Virus record (IMG/VR): IMGVR_UViG_3300023184_000090
Location: 10,996 to 74,995 of that record
Strand: one strand, 5' to 3'
Source: a virus
DNA: 64,000 bases
Within the stretch, counting starts at the first letter, position 1, and the number at the start of each line of letters is the position of its first letter. This document shows, piece by piece, positions 9,399 to 17,800 of the stretch. The notes under the pieces are model-generated. The model worked only from the letters and a program-made list of their open reading frames with translations. It had not been told where the DNA came from and made no database searches. The position numbers and the translations under genes are program-made.

Positions 9399-10379
9399 AT
9401 GGCACACGATATCGACACAACCACCGGCGTCTCAGCAATTGCATACATGGGCGACACCCCTTGGCACAAACTCGGCCAGCAAATGGAAGCCAACCAATCC
9501 ATCGAACAATGGCAAAAGGCAGCAGGCATGGACTTCGTCATCAAGTCCGGCCAAGTTACTTTCAACTCCTTGGACGGCATCTCAGGCGTAGTTCCTGGCA
9601 AAAAGGCCTTGTATCGGTCCGACACGCACAAAGCCTTGGCAGTGGTTTCGAACACCTTCAAGGTGGTACAACCTAAAGAAGTCCTGGAGTTTTACCGTGA
9701 CCTCACTGAGAAGGCTGGGTTCACCTTGGAGACAGCAGGCGTGCTTCGTGAAGGCCGTAAATACTGGGCCTTGGCCAACATTGGCAAGGAGATCAAGATT
9801 GCCAATGACGAGCTCAAAGGCTACCTGCTCTTAGGCACGGCCTGTGATGGCTCTATGGCAACAACTGCCATGTTCACCTCAGTTCGTGTGGTGTGTGCCA
9901 ACACCTTGGGGTTTGCAATGCACGAGGCCGAGACAGGCAAGGCAAAGAACGTGGTCCGTGTCAACCACCGGTCAGAGTTCAATGAGGATGCTGTTAAAGC
10001 ACAGCTTGGCTTGGCTAATCTTAGCTGGGCCAAGTTCATTACTCAAGTTGATCAGTGGTGCACCACTACGGTCAGTGACTCATTGGCCAAGGATTACTTT
10101 GACTCAATGGCTTCATATAGCACCGCCGAAGGCGACGTGATTGTAAGCAAGAAGACATCAGACATGCTGATGCAACTGTTCCAAGGCGGTGGCAAAGGTA
10201 GCAACCTGGTTACGGCCAAAGGCACTGTCTGGGGATTGGTGAATGCAGTCACCGAGTATGTGGATCATCACAAAGGCCGTACGGCTGATGGCCGGATGGA
10301 TCGGGCTTGGTTTGGTGATGGCCAAAACATCAAGGCACTTGCTACTGCCAAGGCCGACGAAATCGCTTTGTTGGTATGA
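9399..10379 (+). CDS. DUF932 / TIGR03299-like phage-plasmid protein
   Basis: TPWHKLG, Y/FKVVQP, ETAGVLREG, DGSMAT, RVVCANTL, GTVWGLVNAVTEYVDH; RBS AAGGAG before ATG 9399. Confidence 0.88.
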   Translation: MAHDIDTTTGVSAIAYMGDTPWHKLGQQMEANQSIEQWQKAAGMDFVIKSGQVTFNSLDGISGVVPGKKALYRSDTHKALAVVSNTFKVVQPKEVLEFYRDLTEKAGFTLETAGVLREGRKYWALANIGKEIKIANDELKGYLLLGTACDGSMATTAMFTSVRVVCANTLGFAMHEAETGKAKNVVRVNHRSEFNEDAVKAQLGLANLSWAKFITQVDQWCTTTVSDSLAKDYFDSMASYSTAEGDVIVSKKTSDMLMQLFQGGGKGSNLVTAKGTVWGLVNAVTEYVDHHKGRTADGRMDRAWFGDGQNIKALATAKADEIALLV

Positions 10380-10387
10380 TCTAAAAG

Positions 10388-10416
10388 AAGCCCCTAGGCG
10401 GTGAACCTAGGGGCTT
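10388..10416. terminator. perfect 11-bp hairpin (terminator-like)
   Basis: AAGCCCCTAGG-cggtgaa-CCTAGGGGCTT immediately after the DUF932 gene; no strong U-tract on +. Confidence 0.55.
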
Positions 10417-10458
10417 AAACGTCATAATGACAACTGCGAAAACAAAAAGGACCAGATC

Positions 10459-12558
10459 ATGCCAATGGGATTTTCGTCTCATATAACACAACCAGATGAA
10501 TTATACAAAACTTTTTTAGCCAATCGCAAATACGATGATAACGACGAGTTTACCTTAGGTTTACAGCTCTTAGACAAGGAGCAAACCAAGCAGCTTTTAG
10601 GGCACACGTATGAATGGTCGGTTAAGATTCCGTACTTTGACGTAGACGGCAAAGATACCGGGTTTGTAAGGGTTAGGTTGTTGACCCCTAAGACTAAGAT
10701 GAAATACTCACAGGCCAGAGCCAGTGGGTCACACATTTATTTTCCGCCTGTAGCGTCATGGCGAACTATCATCAACAATGTAGATGTGCCGATCACCATC
10801 ACTGAAGGCGAGTTTAAAAGCTGGTCGATCACTAAAGCTATAGAAGCCGAGGGCCTGCTTAATTCTTGCATTGGCTTGGCAGGTGTGACAAGTTGGACAA
10901 GCAAGAACGGTGTGCACTTACATCCGGATCTTATGCAAATCATGTGGCAAAAGAAGACAAGCTTCGAGACCAAGCATCGCAAGGTGTACATAGTGTTTGA
11001 CTATGATGGTGCCAAGGAAGACGGCGAGCCAAATGAGCAGGTTGCATTTGCCGAGACAAAGCTGGCAGTGACGTTAAGAGGACTAGGTGCAGAAGTGCAC
11101 CTTTGTCGCGTTGGGCGGTTCGGCCCTGGCAAAGGTAGCAAGTTTGCCATTGATGATCACCTAGATGCAGGCGGTACACTAGGTCAAGTGTTGGCTAGCA
11201 CCTCGGTCATTATGAATGGGATTGACACACTTGATGTAAGGCTGCATGAATTCAGCACTAAGTATGCGTTATACAACGGTGATGTGATTCGTATCGATGA
11301 CGGTCACATCATGCCGTTCCAAAAAGCCAGGATTGACAGTGCCCAGCACATCTATTTGCAACAGGTAACAGTACCAGGCAGAGGCAACCAACCGCCCAAG
11401 ATCACAACACGCGAGATCATCCTGATCGATGAGTACAAGAAGTGGAAGCGTAGATGTGACATCAGGCGCGTTGGTGTGTTTCCGCACTACCAAGGGCTAA
11501 AGATCACACCGGATGGCAACTACAACTACTTGAACAGTTGGCTAAATGAGCCTGTAGACGGTGATGCGCATGCGTATCTGGAGTTTTGTGACTACTTTTT
11601 TAGAGATGAACCAGCATTTGCTGATTATTGGCATGACTGGGTCGCTAACGTGGTGCAATTTCCGCACAGGCGAAACAACACAACACCCCAGTTTGTATCG
11701 AACATTGAAGGCATTGGTAAGTCAGCCGTTGCCGAGTTCATAGCCGAAATGCTAGGCCTTGGTGAACAAGGGCCAGCCATCATCATCGGACCTGACGAGC
11801 TCTTTGGCAACTTTAACGGTATATTTAAGAACAAAATTCTCATAGTGATTAATGAACCAAGCAGTGACCGTGAAGACCACTCAGCCCAGCTAAAGAGCAT
11901 GATCACAGGCAAGGAAATAGCTATCAACAATAAGTATGGTGCTCAATACAACATTGAGAACTACATGAACTTTATATTTACATCTAATAAGCCATACATC
12001 ACTAAGATGGGCAACAATGCCAGACGCGAAGCCATCTATAAGCCAGGCAGTCTATCCAACACAGAAACGCACCCCAAAGTAGTCAACCTTATGGCATGGG
12101 CACGGCATGAACGCGGCTTTGGCAAGGTGCTCAACTGGTACTACAACCGAGACATCAGCAACTTTGATCCATCCAAGCCAGCACCTGACACCAAGTACAA
12201 GCAGGTTGCTATATCAGCAGGCCGTAGCCCGATCGAAGCATTTGCCAAAGAACTAAGTGACTGGGTGGTTGATAAGCTTGACGGCTATGCAGCCTTTACG
12301 CCGGCACAGCTGGAGATACTGTGTGAGAAGTGGGGCCATGACAGCCGCGCCAAGTCGCAATACATCAAGAAAGCCTTGCTTAACTATGCCGATCTAGAGT
12401 CAAAACCGGTCAATTTCCAAGGCAAAACGATCAGGCTCACGATTTGCAAAATTACAAATCCGCCAACCAAAAACAGAGATCTGATGAAGCATGGTGCCTT
12501 GAGCAAGATGGCAATTGACACAGACGTTGCTGTACGACAAGAAATAGAGCAAATGTGA
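10459..12558 (+). CDS. primase-helicase (DUF3854/TOPRIM primase plus SF3/D5-like helicase)
   Basis: ITEGEFK and YIVFDYD TOPRIM motifs; EGIGKS Walker A, IVINE Walker B, FTSN motif C. Confidence 0.88.
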   Translation: MPMGFSSHITQPDELYKTFLANRKYDDNDEFTLGLQLLDKEQTKQLLGHTYEWSVKIPYFDVDGKDTGFVRVRLLTPKTKMKYSQARASGSHIYFPPVASWRTIINNVDVPITITEGEFKSWSITKAIEAEGLLNSCIGLAGVTSWTSKNGVHLHPDLMQIMWQKKTSFETKHRKVYIVFDYDGAKEDGEPNEQVAFAETKLAVTLRGLGAEVHLCRVGRFGPGKGSKFAIDDHLDAGGTLGQVLASTSVIMNGIDTLDVRLHEFSTKYALYNGDVIRIDDGHIMPFQKARIDSAQHIYLQQVTVPGRGNQPPKITTREIILIDEYKKWKRRCDIRRVGVFPHYQGLKITPDGNYNYLNSWLNEPVDGDAHAYLEFCDYFFRDEPAFADYWHDWVANVVQFPHRRNNTTPQFVSNIEGIGKSAVAEFIAEMLGLGEQGPAIIIGPDELFGNFNGIFKNKILIVINEPSSDREDHSAQLKSMITGKEIAINNKYGAQYNIENYMNFIFTSNKPYITKMGNNARREAIYKPGSLSNTETHPKVVNLMAWARHERGFGKVLNWYYNRDISNFDPSKPAPDTKYKQVAISAGRSPIEAFAKELSDWVVDKLDGYAAFTPAQLEILCEKWGHDSRAKSQYIKKALLNYADLESKPVNFQGKTIRLTICKITNPPTKNRDLMKHGALSKMAIDTDVAVRQEIEQM

Positions 12559-12560
12559 TC

Positions 12561-12748
12561 AAAATTACACTCAAAATTACAAGAAAATTACGAGCCAAGC
12601 GCTTAGAATGTTGTTGTCGCTGTTAGTGTTTTTGTTCAATATTACAATATTACATAATTACATTAAGAAAGTATATATAAGAGAATGAAGTATATGCACT
12701 CATCGTATATAGTCTTTCTGGGGGTTTGTAATTTTGTAATGTGTAATA
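12561..12748. repeat. iteron-like ATTAC(A) repeats, putative replication origin
   Basis: AAAATTAC at 12561, 12573, 12584; ATTACA at 12641, 12649, 12657; inverted TGTAAT at 12727, 12735, 12742 around an AT-rich core. Confidence 0.6.
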
Positions 12749-12763
12749 TTGGTGTAGAATAAG

Positions 12764-12878
12764 TGCATTCCAACACGGCTGGGGATTGCTCGGTTCGATT
12801 CCGAGGGGACGGGGGAAACACAAACGGCTCAATACCGCCCTATCCTGTTCTGGTCAAGTCCCCATCCGTGTTGGTGTA
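12764..12878 (+). ncRNA. putative structured RNA / late-operon leader with a tRNA-like T-arm
   Basis: CCAACACGG-C-TGGGGA-TTG pairs with CAA-G-TCCCCA-T-CCGTGTTGG; internal CTCGG-TTCGATT-CCGAG hairpin; TAGAAT at 12755. Confidence 0.5.
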
Positions 12879-13031
12879 GTGCGATAGACAAAGGCCGCTT
12901 ACCGTTGGGTTCGCAACGGCGCACGGGAGAATGGACAGCCCATGAAATCCAAACCCCACCAACAACCATCACGCATGCGTACTGGGCTAACAAAGTCAAG
13001 TGGTGGTGTACAATCCGTCAAAGAGGTGCAT

Positions 13032-13481
13032 ATGGTAGCGAAACGCGGCCCGGGGCAACCCACAAAGTACAGACCAGAATATTGCGAGCTCGTTATCGAG
13101 CTTGGTGACAAAGGCTATAGTCGTGAGATGATAGCCGTTGAGCTGAATGTGTCTTGGAACACGTTGCTGAACTGGATGGATGCGAATCCAGATTTCCTTG
13201 AGGCCTTGGAATTTGCAAAGATGCGTGAGATGGTGTATTTCGAGAAGCTAGGGCTCGCGTACATGGTCGAGCAGCCGCAGCAATCGAAGCTAAACACATC
13301 GCTCTGGTCACGGTCGATGGCCGCTCGATTCCCAACTAAATATCGCGAAAATTCTAAATTCGAAGTCACTGGTAAAGACGACAAGCCCATTCAGATCGAT
13401 GTTGTTCATGACTTTGCACAAGAGCTTATGAACGACTTGCTGACTATCAGGCAAGACGGTGCCAAGTCCGACAATAGCTGA
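13032..13481 (+). CDS. terS: terminase small subunit
   Basis: GQPTKYRPEYCE...HTH...NWMDANPDFLEA; directly upstream of terL; RBS GAGG. Confidence 0.8.
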   Translation: MVAKRGPGQPTKYRPEYCELVIELGDKGYSREMIAVELNVSWNTLLNWMDANPDFLEALEFAKMREMVYFEKLGLAYMVEQPQQSKLNTSLWSRSMAARFPTKYRENSKFEVTGKDDKPIQIDVVHDFAQELMNDLLTIRQDGAKSDNS

Positions 13482-14886
13482 ACAGTTTGCGCAACGAATA
13501 CAAGTTGCGACTAACTTAAAGCATGCCACTCCGGAATGGCAAGCCGCGATCAAAGCGCGTCTTAAGTGGCTCTCAATAGCAAGCAATCATCAAATCACGC
13601 CTAAGGGCGATTGGTGGAGCATCTGGCTCTTGCTTGCTGGTCGTGGCGCTGGCAAGACGAGGTGCGCGGCTGAATGGACGTGGTGGGAAGCGTGGACGAA
13701 GCCTAAGACTCGTTGGCTTGTATCAGCCCCTACATCCGGTGACGTTCGTGATGTGTGCTATGAAGGCGACTCAGGCTTGATGAGCGTGTTACCTTCGGTA
13801 TTAATCGACAACTACAACAAGTCACAGCATGAGATCACATTGGTCAATGGGTCGATCATCAAAGGCATTGCCGCGTCTGAGCCAGAGCGCTTTCGAGGCC
13901 CACAGTTTCACGGTGGCTGGCTTGACGAACTGGCGGCTTGGCACTACCTTGATGACGCATGGAACATGCTGCAATTCGGCATGCGACTTGGCAAGAAGCC
14001 TCGTATACTCTGTACCACGACACCGAAGCCAAAGCCATTGATCGTCGACTTGGCGAACCGTGACGGCGATGACGTGATCTACACATCAGCATCGACGTAT
14101 GACAACATGCACAACTTGGCGCCAAGCTTCAAGGCACAGATCCTTCAGTACGAAGGCACCAAACTCGGACGCCAAGAGATCTATGCCGAGATCATCGACC
14201 CTGAGGAATCAGGCATCATCAAGCGCGACTGGTTCAAGCTGTGGTCAAATGAGAAGCCACTGCCACAGTTTGACTACGTCGTTCAGTCATATGACTGTGC
14301 CACAAGCGACAAAACAGCCAACGACCCAACCGCATGCACCGTGTGGGGCGTGTTCAAGCCTAGTGCTGACAAGTCGGCGTCTGTGATGCTGATCGATTGC
14401 TGGGAGGAGTACATACAGTACCCTGACCTACGGAAACGAGTCATCGAAGAGTCAACATCGATATACGGCGACGAGAATGAGTTTGGGCACGGTAAGAAAG
14501 TCGACCTTATACTGATCGAGGACAAGTCGGCAGGCATCAGCTTACTGCAGGATTTGCAACGAGCCGGGCTTCCTGTTCGTGGCTACAACCCAGGGAATGC
14601 TGACAAGATGACCAGGCTCAACCTAGTCGCACCGATCATCCAGCGAGGCAAGGTCTATGTGCCTGAATCCTCGAAGAACGAGGGGTGCGCTAGAACGTGG
14701 GCCGAGGCGCTGATCAGTCAGGTTTGTGCGTTTCCTGAAGTTCGGCATGACGACCTAACCGACTCGATGTCACAAGCCTTGCGTATTTTGCGTGACATGG
14801 GGCTCATCAACATCGATCCAGTGTATGATCCCAACGACTCGTATGACGAGGATCGTCCAGTAAGGGTGAACCCATATGCCGTTTAA
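13459..14886 (+). CDS. terL: terminase large subunit
   Basis: LAGRGAGKT Walker A, WLDE Walker B, QSYD and HDDLTD nuclease motifs. Confidence 0.95.
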   Translation: MPSPTIAEQFAQRIQVATNLKHATPEWQAAIKARLKWLSIASNHQITPKGDWWSIWLLLAGRGAGKTRCAAEWTWWEAWTKPKTRWLVSAPTSGDVRDVCYEGDSGLMSVLPSVLIDNYNKSQHEITLVNGSIIKGIAASEPERFRGPQFHGGWLDELAAWHYLDDAWNMLQFGMRLGKKPRILCTTTPKPKPLIVDLANRDGDDVIYTSASTYDNMHNLAPSFKAQILQYEGTKLGRQEIYAEIIDPEESGIIKRDWFKLWSNEKPLPQFDYVVQSYDCATSDKTANDPTACTVWGVFKPSADKSASVMLIDCWEEYIQYPDLRKRVIEESTSIYGDENEFGHGKKVDLILIEDKSAGISLLQDLQRAGLPVRGYNPGNADKMTRLNLVAPIIQRGKVYVPESSKNEGCARTWAEALISQVCAFPEVRHDDLTDSMSQALRILRDMGLINIDPVYDPNDSYDEDRPVRVNPYAV

Positions 14887-14889
14887 ACT

Positions 14890-17800
14890 ATGACAGCCGT
14901 TTACAGCCCTGAAGGCGTCTTCTTGTATGATGACGGTGAATCAGACACCGATCAGTCGCAATTCGAGCTCAACAAACGGGCTGAAACAAAGCAAAGCCCT
15001 CTTGCAAGCGTAACGGAAACGTTTAAGAACATCGCAACACAGTTCAACCCACTGCTGGTTGGAAAGGCAGGGCAAGATGCGGCTAAAACACTTCTTATCT
15101 CACCACTTGCGGCACCTGCATCAATCGTTAGTTCAGGTCTCCAACATCTCAATGCTATGCCTGGCGTTGCACTTAGACGAGCCCAAGGCGACGAAGAAGG
15201 CGCTAAACGCATAGAGCAGTCATTGCCGTCGCCGGATGATGTCAACATAAGCTACCAAAAAGCGTTGGCACCACAAACTCAAGCCGGTGAGTCATTCAAT
15301 GAAGGGCTGTCCAAAGTCATGGAAGCATCTAAGCTTCCGCATGTGTGGCCTATGGGACCAAAAGGCATGATGTCAAACATGGTCGGCCTCGAAGAGCGTC
15401 GTCCTTTGATGTCACCGAACGATGTGCGTGTTCTTGGTGCCCAAGGCGTAAACACAGCACGTGAGATTAGCGCTATACCGACCGACTTTGCTAACTGGCG
15501 CGACGCCCACATAGTACGCGAAAGCCCGGTTCGTGGTGAAGGCTCAACAACGTTTGGCGGGCAACTAGGTCAAGCAGCTGAATCACTTGGCGACACAATG
15601 GCAAGGCGTGAGATGCAAGGGCTTACGCCTATTCCAGGCTTGCCAGCTGCTTTACAACCTGACACTAAGATGTATGCGGTTAGACCTGAAGGCTCGAGAC
15701 TGAATACATTCTTTCCGACTGTTCCGCCTGAAGCAGGCAACTACCAGCCTCGCGTTAATCCGGTAGCCGACATCATAGCAACAGCAGCTTACATACCCAC
15801 AGTCGATCCTGTTTTAGATCCGACGCAAGTTTTTGACACGGCGAGAAGACAGCTTGAAGGGCCTGCTGTTGATAGCTGGCAGGAATTTGAAGCAAAGAAA
15901 GCGGAAGAGCTGTACCCCGATCTCGACCCTAGAGACAGACTAAATGCGGTGAAGGTTGCAAACTACGGTGATGGCACAGGCAACGACTATGCTAAGCTTG
16001 AAGCACAATGGTTTGATGAGTGGCGCAACTCGCCTGAAGGCATTGCTGCTGGTGCACAACGACTTAATAGCACCGAAGACGTGTCTAATATGCACAAGTC
16101 GGCTATAAAGTGGCTTGATACAGTGTTCACCAACTTTATCGATAAGCAGTGGGGCACCGCAAACAACGAAGTTGTTAAGCTTGCAGAGAAAGGGCTTACA
16201 GTAACGCCTGCAGAAGAGCTAATTAACGGAAGTACTACAAGGCCCACTAATGCGACGCAAACCGAGCGAATTGCAATGGGGTTGGATCCTCAAGGGTCAT
16301 ATGCAAAGACACTTCGTGCCGCATCACAAAAAGTAGAAGACTTAAACCGGCAGCTTACAGAGTTAGAGCAGGAAAAGACTCGAGCAGGATTAGCCGCTCA
16401 AGCACGAGGCATTAGACCTGCCGAAGATGAAGCATTTGTAGCTGCTAGTCGTGAAGTAGATAGGGTTTCAGCTGCGCATGACAAAGCCATGACTGCTTGG
16501 CAAAACCAGCAGTTGGCATATAAACTTGAGACAATGGCTGACAACTCGGTTGTTAAGCGGCTAGCATCCGGCGCTAGAGAAGACTTAGTGCAGCATGAGC
16601 GACAGTTCTACCCTACGCTTGAAAAGACACCAGGCGATGAGTCAGTGTATTTGCTTATGTCTACTCAACCTGCATTAAGCACTATTGCTAGTGAGTTTTA
16701 CCAAGACGTAATGTCAGGCAAGATCAAACGAGACAAGATGCCAAATAGCGTTGGCCAATTCGTTAAGAAGAATGCTCAAGCTAGAATCATGCTGGAGAAC
16801 CAAGCTAAAACCGCTGAAAAAGAGCGCAAAGAACAGTTTGTTGCGGCGCTAATGACAAGAATGGAAGCTATACCTGAATCAAACAAGGTAGGCAGCATTG
16901 GGGTAAGCGTGATCACAAAGGATCTAGGCTTACAAAACGTTAAGCACGAGTTCTCAATTGCAACAGCTGTTTGTGACTTCTGTCTTGGCGAAGGCGGCTC
17001 AGCCAAAGATGGCACAAGGAACTTATTCTCAGGCAAGAAGCAGAACTATGAGCCGCAAGTAAACCCCATTACAGGCGAGCCCAACCCGCTTGCTAGGTCG
17101 CCTCGCATGACGTACATAAATGACGTCATGAAGGACGGAGGCGTAATGTGGATCATCAATGAAGCTAATACGGGATTGCCAGAAGGCGCCATACATCTAA
17201 AAAATCTAGGCAATGGCACATACAATATTGCAGGTGTTTATGGTCACAATAACGGGCCGATTGCACCAACACACTCATCCTCAATTGCTGCATTCATGAA
17301 CAAAAATGCTGACCAAATTAACCAAGTCAGCGAAACGCTAAGAAATCATGCGCATGTTAGGGACATGCTTAATAAGTCTGATCGGCAAGCAATGAAAGCC
17401 GACTATAGACTAACGGAGGACGAAGCAAGAATAATGTCTGAAGAAGGCACTCGGTTTGTGTCGATCTCAGATGCGAAAAAAGTCATTGAAGACTTTAGAC
17501 AAGCAAGCGGTGTTTATCAACGCCCTGAAGCAACAGCGCCTGCACTGCAAGCGCCTCCGGCGCCTGCGCCTCGAGAGGTGTTTCAACTGCAACCGTTCTT
17601 CGACTCAGTTCGTAGAGATGTAAGTGCTCAAGTAGGGGATCGTGTAGAGACAATCGCGTATCGAATTTCAGAGTTCTTTAACCCTAACCGAGACCCCGAA
17701 GGCTATGCAAACGCTCTTCGTGAGGCGGCACAACGAGAGCCAGTTGGGCTTGTTGAAATTAGTCTAAATGAGCTTGCTGAAGAAATCGATATGCACTTTC

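Noticed and set aside
12741-12815. tRNA gene suggested by GGTTCGATTCC
   Set aside because: The T-arm is perfect but no acceptor stem, D-arm or anticodon arm can be built around it; reported as a structured RNA instead.
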